Shown here piece after piece: positions 34,201 to 42,150 of a stretch of 54,729 bases of DNA. The position numbers and the translations under genes were made by a program. Origin of the DNA: an uncultured Methylibium sp. (lineage in GTDB: Bacteria > Pseudomonadota > Gammaproteobacteria > Burkholderiales > Burkholderiaceae_C); the NCBI GenBank assembly GCA_964408005.1, contig CAYOXW010000002.1, forward strand, positions 1 through 54,729. The letters run 5' to 3'. The notes under the pieces are model-generated. The model was given only the letters and a program-made list of their open reading frames with translations, made no database searches and was not told the origin of the DNA. The stretch's first letter is position 1; each line of letters starts with the position of its first letter.

Positions 34201-34731
34201 CAGGTCCAGGCGGTGCTGATGCTCGACACGCCGGCGCGCGAGATCCCGCATTTCAGCCTGAGCGACAAGATCGCCATCTTCACCCAGGGCCTGCAGCGTG
34301 GCGGTGCGCGCTTCCTGCGCGAGAAGGTCGCCGAGCGCATCGAGTGGGAGAAGTCCAAGCGGGCGCGTCGCGCTGCCGCCGCTGCGGACGGGGTCGATGG
34401 CGCCGACGGTGCCTCGGCCAACTTCCAGTCGCAACGCATCGGCGATGCCTTCATGCGCTCGCTGCTGCGCTACCGGCTGACGAAGGTACCGGTCAAGGTG
34501 GCGCTGTTCCGGCCCAGGCTCGATGTCCGCTACCGGCTCAGCGGCGGGCGGCTGGTCGACGTGCAGCGCAACTATGTGCGCGAGGACAATTTCTGGACGC
34601 CTTACGCCGGCAGCCTGCAGGTGCTCGAGGTGCCGGGCAACCATGACAACATGGTGCTCGAGCCCAACGTGCGGGTGCTGGTGTCCGCGCTGCGGCGCGT
34701 GATCGACGGATTGGGCCGGATGCCGACATGA
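28261..34731 (+). CDS. Type I PKS, KS-AT-KR-DH-ACP-TE
   Basis: KS VQTACSTS/HGTAT/NIGHL; AT GHSMG; KR TGGLGGIG...GQVDY; DH HRLGSGEALLPG...HPGVVD; ACP LGGHSL; TE GFSGG...GNH. Confidence 0.95.
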   Translation: MTEPVNDNDIAIVGMAVRLPDASTPEQYWANLAAGHESVRHYSDEELLARGVSPATLADPNYVKAGIPLGGLDQFDPEFFGFSPKEAGILDPQHRQFYEACWEALESTGHTPERFPGAIGLFGGCGMGAYFTFNLLTNPELVDNVGLFLLRHTGNDKDFLVTRVSYAFNLQGPSVNVQTACSTSLVATHMAVQSLLAGECDMALAGGVTIELPHGVGYHYKEGEVLSPDGHCRTFDHRSKGTVFGSGAGVVVLRRLADALRDGDPIRAVIKGSAVNNDGSRKVGYLAPSVDGQAACITEALAVADVSADSIAYVECHGTATPVGDPIEIAALTQAFRASTEQVAYCKVGSAKTNIGHLDTAAGVAGLIKATLALEHRQIPPSLNFEAPNPRIGFEGGPFVVADRLADWPRGATPRRACVNSLGVGGTNAFVVLEEAPARPAAAPDASPQLLLLSARNRKALDEQGRRLADWLKQHPQAPLADVAWTLRQGRRGFEQRRVLAAANAEEAIALLDSGDAKRVYTHSHELEHPSLVFMYPGGGAQYVKMGRGLYDAEPVFREWVDKGLAILKNRFGADLAPVLLPQGETTPGMIEAIAKPANQLALTFLVEIALTRLWEHYGVKPEALIGHSMGENTAACVAGVFSFEDALGLLLLRGQLVGEAPSGGMVSVPMPAADLRPLLDEFGLDLASANSPQLSVASGAPAALDALVERLRALGIDSQRVRVNVAAHSRLLDGILPRFRDYLRSIKLSEPKLPIVSNRTGRWLEAAQATDPEYWVAHLRNSILFADGTETLLESDNRVFLEVGPGNMLGSFVRQNPRAPAPRVLSSMRHPEDATPDLVYFRTVMGRLWALGVDFDAIKLWGKGRRRLPLPTYAFQHASYWIEPGAGSTAAQSDASRPMKLPELADWFRQPRWVQQGVLELDATPRTWLAFHGREPLGDGLVAALRAAGHRVVSVLPGDTYAQLDEHTYTLAAEAGGVGYQELLDALAAREIVPERILHGWLITHDRAFRPGSTFFHRNQEHGFYSLFHLARALGKSGLAERGAHLVVLANGSQRVGDEPLLFPDKATALGPCGVIPREFPRLSCAFVDVDLGLTRLNGKRAPASEADVARLLRDLPEELAAQPGSRVVAWRDGVRWQRHLGASRPAPAEAAPKLRRGGCYLITGGLGGIGGVIADWLARDYGARLVLLGRTPLPARADWDDWLARHDAGDSIARSIRKVRALEAAGASVLPLAADVAVTDSMADALAEARQAYGELHGVFHAAGVIRDSLIPMKSARDIEDVFSAKVYGTLVLDELLRNAPLDFMLLFSTTSTWTAPAGQVDYVGASAFVNAFAESCHGQRRYPVTALAWGIWKDVGMVGQLAAAGDAHAAQGQALAVASPHFDERRVSRDGLAQVHTFSGTLSAEADWVIAEHRLGSGEALLPGTGYLELVRAALAELGQDASWQLSNLVFETPLFVGDGAPRRFRLALRGDAQRWEVEWSAEATDGVWERCASARVTAASEARAADLPLAEIEARCQRAVETAGGPGALRTRQESHLQFGPRWRVLKRLALGEREALARLQLPAEFAADLTDFGLHPGVVDIATGCAMDLIPGYAEADVAQNLWAPISYRGLRFHAPLPAEVHSWIRLASDGSVRSDFAAFDVTLSDAQGRVLAEVDRLTLRRLDGPWHAPRPRPAASHVEEAASEPSAARAKPASPGELALQHNVSQGIDPAEGIAALRRLLAGELRAEQVISSMDVAALGAQAEAVSRASNANADAARFSRPELDSDFEPPRDAVERTLAELWAKLLGVEGVGIRDSFFDLGGHSLIAVRLFNEISDKFGADLPMSVLMQSPTIAGLAELVRGGPYVEGADEGAPPATAAASAPAALRFRHVVPMHAGPVAGRTPLFIVAGMFGNVLNLSHLANLLGEDRPFYALQARGLYGDAAPHESFEEAAADYLVELRQVQPEGPYLLGGFSGGGLIAYEMARQLIEAGEQVQAVLMLDTPAREIPHFSLSDKIAIFTQGLQRGGARFLREKVAERIEWEKSKRARRAAAAADGVDGADGASANFQSQRIGDAFMRSLLRYRLTKVPVKVALFRPRLDVRYRLSGGRLVDVQRNYVREDNFWTPYAGSLQVLEVPGNHDNMVLEPNVRVLVSALRRVIDGLGRMPT

Positions 34732-35720
34732 CGGACGCCCTGCCGTGCCGGCTGCTGATCTCGATCGTGGCCTACAAGGCGGCCGATCTGACGATCGCCT
34801 GCCTCGCCTCGCTCGCGACCGAGATCGCCACGGTGCCGGGCACGCGCGTGATCGTGGTCGACAACGCCTCGCCCGATGGTGCGGCCGAGCCGGTCGAGCG
34901 CGCGATCGCCGAACGCGGCTGGGCCGACTGGGCGACGCTGGTGCGCGCACCGCGCAACGCCGGCTTCGCGGCCGGCAACAACGTCGCGTTGCGCCTGCTG
35001 CCGGACGAGACCGAGTTCGTGCTGCTGCTGAACCCCGACACGCTGGTGCGGCCCGGCGCGCTGCGGCTGTTGCTCGACTTCCTGGTCGTGCATCCCGAGG
35101 CCGGCATCGCCGGCGGGCGCAGCGAGGATCCGGACGCGACGCCGCAGATGTGCTGCTTCCGCTTCCCGAACGCGGTCAGCGAGGCGCTCGACCGGCTCGG
35201 CCTCGGCCTGCTCGACCGCCTGTTCGAGCGTCACCTGGTGCGCCTGGGCACTCCCGAGCAGCCGCGGCCGGTCGACTGGGTGTCCGGCGCCTTCATGCTG
35301 GTGCGTCGCACGGTGATCGACCGCATCGGCCTGATGGACGAAGGCTATTTCCTCTACTTCGAGGAGACCGACTTCACGCTGCGCGCGCGCCGCGCCGGCT
35401 GGACCTGCTGGCATGTGCCGCAGGCGCGCATCGTCCACCTGGTCGGCCAGAGCAGCGGCGTGACGGTGCGCGAGGGCGCGCCGCGGCGCGTGCCGGCCTA
35501 CTGGTTCGAGTCGCGGCGGCGCTACTTCGTGCTCAACCACGGCCGCGCCTATGCGGCGCTGGTCGACCTGCTGGTGCTGGCGGCCGATCCGATCGGCCGC
35601 CTGCGCCACTGGTTGCAGCGCAAGCCGCAGCGGCGCCCGCCGCACTACTGGCGCGACCTGGCCTGCCACAGCGCGGTGTGGCGCGGCGTCGACCCGCGTC
35701 CGGGAGCCGGCGCGGCATGA
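34728..35720 (+). CDS. Glycosyltransferase family 2 (WbbL/rhamnosyltransferase-like)
   Basis: VVDNAS, NAGFAAGNN, LLNPD, DWVSGA, MDEGYFLYFEETD; ATGA overlap with the PKS stop. Confidence 0.92.
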   Translation: MTDALPCRLLISIVAYKAADLTIACLASLATEIATVPGTRVIVVDNASPDGAAEPVERAIAERGWADWATLVRAPRNAGFAAGNNVALRLLPDETEFVLLLNPDTLVRPGALRLLLDFLVVHPEAGIAGGRSEDPDATPQMCCFRFPNAVSEALDRLGLGLLDRLFERHLVRLGTPEQPRPVDWVSGAFMLVRRTVIDRIGLMDEGYFLYFEETDFTLRARRAGWTCWHVPQARIVHLVGQSSGVTVREGAPRRVPAYWFESRRRYFVLNHGRAYAALVDLLVLAADPIGRLRHWLQRKPQRRPPHYWRDLACHSAVWRGVDPRPGAGAA

Positions 35721-36721
35721 GTGGCGGTGCCGGCACGGCGGTGCTGGTCGTCGTCGTCAACTACCGTACCGCGGCGCTGGTCGTCAACGGGCTGCGGGCG
35801 CTCGCCGTCGAGCTGCGCGAGCACCCCGGCGCGCGCGTCGTCGTGGTCGACAACGACTCGGGCGACGGTTCGGCCGAGCGCATCGCGGCCGTGATCGACG
35901 CCGAGGGCTGGGCCGGCTGGGCGAGCCTGCGGCGCGCGCCGCTCAACGGCGGCTTCGCCTACGGCAACAACCTGGCGATCCGCGCGGCGCTCGCGTCCGC
36001 GACGCCGCCGGACTGGATCTGGCTGCTCAATCCCGACACCGAGGTGCGGCCGGGCGCGCTCGCGGCGCTGCTCGACTTCCTGCGCGCCCACCCGCGCGCC
36101 GGCATCGCCGGCAGCCGCTTCGAGCTGGCCGACGGCAGCCCGTGGCCGCATGCCTTTCGCTTTCCCTCGCTGCTCGGCGAACTGTCGGCGGCGCTGCGCT
36201 TCGGCCCGGTGACCGCGCTGCTGCGCCGCTGGAGCGTGCTGCTGACGATGGGCGAGCAGTCCGAGCGGGTCGACTGGCTGCCCGGCGCGAGCCTGCTGTT
36301 GCGGCGCGCGGTGTTCGAGTCCGTCGGCCTGATGGACGAGGACTACTTCCTCTACTACGAGGAGACCGACTTCTGCCTGCAGGCCGCGCGCGCCGGCTGG
36401 ACCTGCTGGCATGTGCCTGGCAGCCGCGTGATGCACATCGCCGGCCAGAGCACCGGCGTGACCGGCGAGCAGGCCGGCCGGCGGCGCTTGCCGGCCTACT
36501 GGTTCGAGTCGCGCCGGCGCTACTTCGTCAAGAACCACGGCCGGGTCTACGCCGCGGCGACCGACCTGCTGTGGGCGGCCGGCTTCCTGCTCTGGCGGCT
36601 GCGCCGGCGGCTGCAGCGCAAGCCCGACCCCGATCCGCCGGGCCTGTTCGGCGACCTGCTGCGCCACAGCGCGCTATGGCGCGGGGGCCTGCCGCGCAAC
36701 GACCGGCTGGCGGGGCGATGA
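35717..36721 (+). CDS. Glycosyltransferase family 2, paralog of the upstream gene
   Basis: VVDNDS, NGGFAYGNN, LLNPD, DWLPGA, MDEDYFLYYEETD; ATG35717 overlaps the previous stop. Confidence 0.92.
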   Translation: MSGGAGTAVLVVVVNYRTAALVVNGLRALAVELREHPGARVVVVDNDSGDGSAERIAAVIDAEGWAGWASLRRAPLNGGFAYGNNLAIRAALASATPPDWIWLLNPDTEVRPGALAALLDFLRAHPRAGIAGSRFELADGSPWPHAFRFPSLLGELSAALRFGPVTALLRRWSVLLTMGEQSERVDWLPGASLLLRRAVFESVGLMDEDYFLYYEETDFCLQAARAGWTCWHVPGSRVMHIAGQSTGVTGEQAGRRRLPAYWFESRRRYFVKNHGRVYAAATDLLWAAGFLLWRLRRRLQRKPDPDPPGLFGDLLRHSALWRGGLPRNDRLAGR

Positions 36722-37401
36722 CGCTGCCCTGGCGCCGGCTGGCGTCCGGCTTCGACGACGTCGCCCTGTGGTGGGTCGACCTGTTGACGCCGGCGCCGGC
36801 GGGCGCGGACGCGTGGTTGTCCCCCGACGAGCGGGAGCGTGCCGCGCGGTTCCGTACCGAGCCGCTGCGCCAGCGCTGGGAGCGCTCGCATGTCGCGCTG
36901 CGCGGCGTGCTGGGCGCGCAGCTCGGGGCCGGGCCGCACACGCTGTGCTTCGAGACCGGATCGGCCGGCAAGCCGCGGCTGGCCGGTGGCGGACCGCTCG
37001 AGTTCAGCCTGAGCCACAGCGGGGACGTGGCGCTGATCGCGGTGTGCGCGGGCGCCGAGGTCGGCGTCGATGTCGAGCTGCTGCATCCGGTCCGCGATGC
37101 CGGGGCGCTGGTGGCCCGGGTGTGCTCGCCCCGCGAGCAGGCCGAGTGGCATGCACGGGCCGAAACGGCGGACGCCGCCGCGGACTTCCTGCGCGGCTGG
37201 ACGCGCAAGGAGGCTTGCCTGAAGGCGATCGGCACCGGGCTGGACATCTCGCCGGCGCGCGTCGAGGTCGGCTTCGATGTGGGCGGGCGGCGCGTTCGCG
37301 TCCCCTGCGAGACCGGGTCGGTCGAGGTCGAGCTGCGCAGCATCGCGCCGGCCGGGGCCTGGCTCGCCGCGCTCGCGCGCTGCGTCGCCGCCGCGACCTA
37401 G
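36718..37401 (+). CDS. Sfp-type 4'-phosphopantetheinyl transferase
   Basis: LSPDERERAARF, GKP, FSLSHS, VGVDVE, WTRKEACLKAIG; ATGA overlap. Confidence 0.93.
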   Translation: MTLPWRRLASGFDDVALWWVDLLTPAPAGADAWLSPDERERAARFRTEPLRQRWERSHVALRGVLGAQLGAGPHTLCFETGSAGKPRLAGGGPLEFSLSHSGDVALIAVCAGAEVGVDVELLHPVRDAGALVARVCSPREQAEWHARAETADAAADFLRGWTRKEACLKAIGTGLDISPARVEVGFDVGGRRVRVPCETGSVEVELRSIAPAGAWLAALARCVAAAT

Positions 37402-37410
37402 CGCGGCGGC
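37387..37410. terminator. Hairpin centred on the overlapping stop codons of two convergent operons
   Basis: GCCGCCGCG-acctag-CGCGGCGGC is a perfect 9-bp stem; the loop CTAG contains both TAG stops. No clear U-tract. Confidence 0.4.
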
Positions 37411-38600
37411 TTGTCGCGCCCGGTGCGCACCCACTGGGTCTGGCGGGCGACCAGCAGTCGCGCATACATCGGCAACTTGGCCAGCACGTACAGCGGGATG
37501 CCGAGCAGTTCCTCGAGCGTGATCGCGTCGCGGCCGAAGCGCCGCCACGCGCTGCCGATGCCCAGGATCAACAGCAGCAGCGCCAGCAGCGCGAGCTGCA
37601 GCGGCAGCAGCCGCCCGCTGGCGAGGGCGAACAGCACGCCGGCCGCGAGCACCGCGCCGAGCAGCAGCACGAGGAAGGACAGCGGCGGCACGCACAGGTC
37701 CAGCGTCAGCGCCGCCAGCGCCCCCTGGTGCTCACGCAGCGCGCGCCACATCAGCCGTGGCCCCTGGGACGCGATCACGCCGAGGTGGCCGTGCTCCCAG
37801 CGGGTGCGCTGCGAGGCCGTCGCGTCCTCGGAGGCTGGGAAGCTGCTGGTCACGACCGCCTCGACGCAGTAGTAGGGCGCGTGGCCGGCCGCGGCCAGGT
37901 CGAGCCCGAGCTGAAGGTCCTCGACCAGGTGACCGGAGGCGAGCGGCGCGCTCGCGATCTGCGCCCAGGGGAAGGCCATGCCGGTGCCCATCAGCTGGCA
38001 GGGCAGACCGAGGCGGCGGTAGCCGAGCGCGCGCGCCTGTCCCTTGACGCGCCAGGCGAACTGCGCGACGCGCTGGCGCAGCCCGGCCCCGTCGGGCGTC
38101 AGCATGCGGTACAGCGCCTGCACCGGCCGCGCGCGCGCGGCGCATTCGCGCGCGAGTCGCTCGAGTCCACCGGGCTCGACCACGCAGTCGGCGTCGACGA
38201 TCACCACCACCTCGGGTGGATCGGCGGCGAGCTGGCGCATGCCATGGTCCAGCGCATAGCCCTTGCCGCGGCGCGTGGTGTCGAAGCGTTCGCTGACGTC
38301 GGCGCCGGCCGCGGCGGCCACGGCGGCGGTCGCATCGCTGCAGTTGTCGGCGATGACGAGCAGGCGGTCCCCGGCCGCGAGCTGCGGGCGCAGCGCCGCG
38401 ATCGCAGCGGCGATGCCCTCGGCCTCGTCGTGCGCCGGCATCAGCACCGCGACCCGCGGACGCCGTCCCGCGGGCGCGGGCAGGCGAAGCCCCGGGCGGG
38501 CGAGCAGCAGCTGCAGCGTCAGCACCCCGACGGGCACCAGCACACCGAGCGCGAGCAGGGTCAGCAGCGCCGCGAGCGCGTCGATCAGCAGCGCGCTCAT
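37398..38600 (-). CDS. Membrane GT2, cellulose synthase/PgaC-like
   Basis: N-terminal TM, PAHDE, ADNC.D, GKGYAL, IVDAD, VEDL, QRTRW (QxxRW), C-terminal TMs, WVRT.R. Confidence 0.88.
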   Translation of the reverse strand: MSALLIDALAALLTLLALGVLVPVGVLTLQLLLARPGLRLPAPAGRRPRVAVLMPAHDEAEGIAAAIAALRPQLAAGDRLLVIADNCSDATAAVAAAAGADVSERFDTTRRGKGYALDHGMRQLAADPPEVVVIVDADCVVEPGGLERLARECAARARPVQALYRMLTPDGAGLRQRVAQFAWRVKGQARALGYRRLGLPCQLMGTGMAFPWAQIASAPLASGHLVEDLQLGLDLAAAGHAPYYCVEAVVTSSFPASEDATASQRTRWEHGHLGVIASQGPRLMWRALREHQGALAALTLDLCVPPLSFLVLLLGAVLAAGVLFALASGRLLPLQLALLALLLLILGIGSAWRRFGRDAITLEELLGIPLYVLAKLPMYARLLVARQTQWVRTGRDKPPR

Positions 38601-39865
38601 GCCGGCTCCCCGCGGCGGGCCGGTGCGCCGGCGATGCGGCGCGCGAAGATCTCGCCCAGGCGGTCGACGTTGCGCGCCAGGTCGTAGTCCTCGACGACCC
38701 GCCGGCGGCCGGCGCAGGCCAGCCGTTCGTACAGCGCCGGGTCGTCGATCAGCCGCTCGATCGCCGCGGCCAGCCCCTCGACGTCCGAGGGCGCGACCAG
38801 CAGACCGTCGCGGCCGTCCTCGATCAGCTCGGGGATGCCGGTGATGCGCGTCGTCACGCAGGGCACCGCCATGGCCATCGCCTCCATCAACACCACTGGA
38901 ATGCCCTCGGCGAAGCTGGCGATGCAGAAGCAGTCGGCGCGCGCGTAGAGCGCGCGGATGCGGTCCTGGTTGACCGCCCCCTCGAAGATCACGGCCTCGC
39001 CGAGCGCGTGGTGGCGCACCTGCTCCTCGAGCGATGCGCGGTCGGGACCGGCGCCGACCACGCGCAGGCGCACGCGCCGGCCCTGCCCGCGCAGGCGCGC
39101 GAGCGCGTCGATCAGCAGGTGCTGGCCCTTCGAGGGCGTCAGCCGGCCCACGCACAGCAGCTCGAACACCCCGTCCTCGGGTTGCGGGCGCGGGCGCGGC
39201 GCGAAGTGCGCCGGGTCGACGCCAAGCCGCGCGACCTCGAGCTTGTGCCAGTGCGCATAGGGTGCCAACCGCATCAGCTGACTGCGTGCATAGTGGCTGA
39301 TGCAGCAGATGAAATCGGCTTCGGCGACCTTCTGCGGCAGGTACTGGCGGTAGGCGTCGTAGAACTCGTCCGGGCCGTGCACCGTGACCGAGAAGCCATG
39401 GCCGAACACCCGCTTGACGAACAGCGCCACCGTCGCCGCTTGCGAGCCGAGGTGGGCGTGCAGGTGGCACTGGCCGCGCTCGCGCATCCACACGCCGACC
39501 ATCAACGCCTCGCTGAAGTAGGCGAGGTTCAGCGCCAGCGCGCGCAGGTCGGCGCCGGCCAGCTGCACGGCGGCGAGCACACCGCGCAGCCAGCCGCGCG
39601 GTGCGCGCCGCAGCGTGTCGGCATGCGCGGCGAGCGCGCCGCGCATGCCGTGCGGCTTCAGGTAGTAGGTGGCGTCGGCCTCGGCCGCCTCGTCGGCGGT
39701 CAGACCGTCGGCCGCGCGGTCGGCGGCGTTGATCGACGCGACATCGATGCGCCAGCCGAGGCGGCGCAGCTGCAGCACCTCGCGGATGATGAAGATCATC
39801 GACAGCATCGGGTACTGGCTGACGAGGTAGGCGACGGCGCGCGGCTTGGGGCTGGATTCGGGCAT
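38597..39865 (-). CDS. Glycosyltransferase family 4 (WcaL-like)
   Basis: YP.LS..FI.REV, HLHAH, TVHGPDEF, VGRL...KG, EGIPVVLMEAMA. Confidence 0.92.
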   Translation of the reverse strand: MPESSPKPRAVAYLVSQYPMLSMIFIIREVLQLRRLGWRIDVASINAADRAADGLTADEAAEADATYYLKPHGMRGALAAHADTLRRAPRGWLRGVLAAVQLAGADLRALALNLAYFSEALMVGVWMRERGQCHLHAHLGSQAATVALFVKRVFGHGFSVTVHGPDEFYDAYRQYLPQKVAEADFICCISHYARSQLMRLAPYAHWHKLEVARLGVDPAHFAPRPRPQPEDGVFELLCVGRLTPSKGQHLLIDALARLRGQGRRVRLRVVGAGPDRASLEEQVRHHALGEAVIFEGAVNQDRIRALYARADCFCIASFAEGIPVVLMEAMAMAVPCVTTRITGIPELIEDGRDGLLVAPSDVEGLAAAIERLIDDPALYERLACAGRRRVVEDYDLARNVDRLGEIFARRIAGAPARRGEPA

Positions 39866-39869
39866 GGAC

Positions 39870-40964
39870 TCAGGGGGTCGGGGTGCGCCAGGCGGCGCGC
39901 AGGCGGTCGGCGATCGTCAGCACCGCGACCGAGTCGTCGAGCGGCATCGACGCGCTTTCGAGCGCGCCACGCTGCAGGCAGCGGGTGACCTCCTGCAGCT
40001 CGAACTGGTAGCCGTTGCCGGGAAAGGGCAGGCAGCGGCTTGCCAGCGGCGCGAGCATCGCGCGCAGCGGCTCGAGCTGGCGATGCAGGCGCTGCAGTGC
40101 CGGGCGTTCGCGCAGGCGGCCACGCCAGGACGGCGGCGCACCGGTCCCGGCGGCCGCGGTGGGTGCCGCGCTCGACTGCAGGCTGTAGCGGTGGGCGCGG
40201 TAGAAGGGCGCATGCAAGCGCAGCTGGCCGCGCTCGCCGGTGATCAGCAGCTCGTTGCGCCCGGGGCTCACGAGGCTGGCCGAGAGCTGCGCGACCGCGC
40301 CGTCGGCGTAGCCGAGCTGGTAGGCCGAATGCCAGTCGACCCCGTCCGGGCCGAGGCGGGCCTGCGCCGCGACCGACACCGGCGTGCCGAGCCACTGCTG
40401 GACGAGCGACAGCAGGTAGACCCCGCGGTCGAGCAGCGCGCCGCCGCCGGGCGCGAAGCGCGCGTCGCCCGGGCTCGGCAGCGCCGGGTAGCCGAAATCG
40501 CCCTCGATGCGCACGATGCGGCCCAGCGCGCCTTCGGCGATCAGGCGCTGCGCCGCCACGACCGCCGGCACGAAGCGCGTCCACATCGCCTCCATGCAGA
40601 AGACGCCGCGCCGGCGCGCGGCGGCGGCCAGCGTGGCGGCCTGGTCGGCATCGAGCGCGAAGGGCTTTTCGCACAGCAGGGCCTTGCCGGCCTCGAGGCA
40701 GGCCAGGCCGTCCTCGAGGTGTCGGTGGTTGGGCGTCGCGAGGTAGACGACGTCGATCGCCGGGTCGGCCAGCAGCGCTTCGAGGCTGGCGCAGGGCTGT
40801 GGCACGCGGTGGCGCTGCGCGAAGGCCCGCGCGCGGTCGGCCGAGCGCGAGCCGACCGCGTGCAGCCGTGCGCCCGGCACCAGCGCGAAGTCGAGCGCGA
40901 GCTCGTGCGCCTGATGACCGGTGCCCCACAGGCCCCAGCGGATCGTACGGTCGACGGCGGGCAT
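39870..40964 (-). CDS. Gfo/Idh/MocA family oxidoreductase
   Basis: IRWGLWGTG, DVVYLATPN..H, CEKP, MEAMWTRF, GGALLDRGVY. Confidence 0.9.
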   Translation of the reverse strand: MPAVDRTIRWGLWGTGHQAHELALDFALVPGARLHAVGSRSADRARAFAQRHRVPQPCASLEALLADPAIDVVYLATPNHRHLEDGLACLEAGKALLCEKPFALDADQAATLAAAARRRGVFCMEAMWTRFVPAVVAAQRLIAEGALGRIVRIEGDFGYPALPSPGDARFAPGGGALLDRGVYLLSLVQQWLGTPVSVAAQARLGPDGVDWHSAYQLGYADGAVAQLSASLVSPGRNELLITGERGQLRLHAPFYRAHRYSLQSSAAPTAAAGTGAPPSWRGRLRERPALQRLHRQLEPLRAMLAPLASRCLPFPGNGYQFELQEVTRCLQRGALESASMPLDDSVAVLTIADRLRAAWRTPTP

Positions 40965-40967
40965 GGT

Positions 40968-42095
40968 TCAGTCCGTGGGGTCGGTCGGGGTGAAGGTGGT
41001 CGTCATGCGATAGCTGCTGCCGTCGCGGCTCGCGTGGTGGATCGCCAGCGCGAGCTCGTTGGCATGCAGTGAGAAGCGCGTCGACAGCCGTGGCGGGCGG
41101 CCGGCAGCGATCGCCGCGGCCAGCTCGGCCGGACCGCGTGCGAAGTCCATCTTGTGCGCGCGCCGGTAGGCGGCCGAGCCGGCTGGAGCGGCCTCGAGCG
41201 GCAGCCGGCTGCGCCACGGGCTCAGGAAGGTCTTGCGGCGGATCGACAGCAGGCGCCGCATCGACACCGGTGCGCGGTAGTCCCAGCACTCGCTTGTCGA
41301 CAGCACGCCGTGGTCGCCGACGATGCGCAGCGAGTGGTCGTGCGGTGCGAGGATGCTGCAGGTCAGGCGCGCGACCACGCCGCTGTCGAAGCGGATGCAG
41401 GCGACCGAGAAATCCGGCGCGTCCGGCGGCGTCAGGGCCTCGCCGGCGACCTTGTCGGGTACCTGCACCGAAGCGAAGGCGGTGACGCTGCGGGCCGGGC
41501 CGAACCAGTCGAGCAGCCAGGTCAGGTAGTAGCCGGCGTGCTCGAGCGTGCAGCCGACCTCGAACTCGTCGCGGTAGGGCCAGGGCATGCCGGAGACCGA
41601 TTGCCAGCGCTGGTAGGGCATGCGGTGCACCAGGCCGTCGTCCATCTCGGCATAGACCACGCGCACCGGCCCGACGCGCTGCTCGCGCAGCGCGCGACGG
41701 ATCGTCCGGGCGGTCTCGCCGAGGGGGCTGCAGGGGGCGCTGGTGATCTGCAGGCCGCGCGCCTCGGCCAAATCGACGAGCTCCTGCGCCTGCGCCATTT
41801 CCATTGCGAGCGGTTTCTCGGAATAGACATGCTTGCCGGCCTCGAGGCAGGCGCGTGAGACGGCGTAGTGCTCGCGCGGGTTGGTCAGGTTCAGCACCAG
41901 GGTGACGCCGCGGTCGTCGAGCAGCTGCTGCAGCGAACCGTAGGTCGGCACGCCATAGGTGCGCGCGAGCGTTGCCATGCGCTCGGGCAGGCGGTCAAAG
42001 ACACCGGCGACCTCGAGCTCGGGGTGGGCCGGCAGCGTGGCAAGGTAGAAGTCGGCGACATAGCCGCAGCCGACGAGGGCGATCCGGGTGCTCAT
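40968..42095 (-). CDS. Gfo/Idh/MocA family oxidoreductase
   Basis: IALVGCGYVA, NLTNP..H, HVYSEKP, GCTLEHAGYY; ATG42095. Confidence 0.88.
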   Translation of the reverse strand: MSTRIALVGCGYVADFYLATLPAHPELEVAGVFDRLPERMATLARTYGVPTYGSLQQLLDDRGVTLVLNLTNPREHYAVSRACLEAGKHVYSEKPLAMEMAQAQELVDLAEARGLQITSAPCSPLGETARTIRRALREQRVGPVRVVYAEMDDGLVHRMPYQRWQSVSGMPWPYRDEFEVGCTLEHAGYYLTWLLDWFGPARSVTAFASVQVPDKVAGEALTPPDAPDFSVACIRFDSGVVARLTCSILAPHDHSLRIVGDHGVLSTSECWDYRAPVSMRRLLSIRRKTFLSPWRSRLPLEAAPAGSAAYRRAHKMDFARGPAELAAAIAAGRPPRLSTRFSLHANELALAIHHASRDGSSYRMTTTFTPTDPTD

Positions 42096-42150
42096 GCGAA
42101 GGAGGGCGGGTGGCCGGCGGCCATCGCCCGGCAGGGGAACAGGGAGCTCA

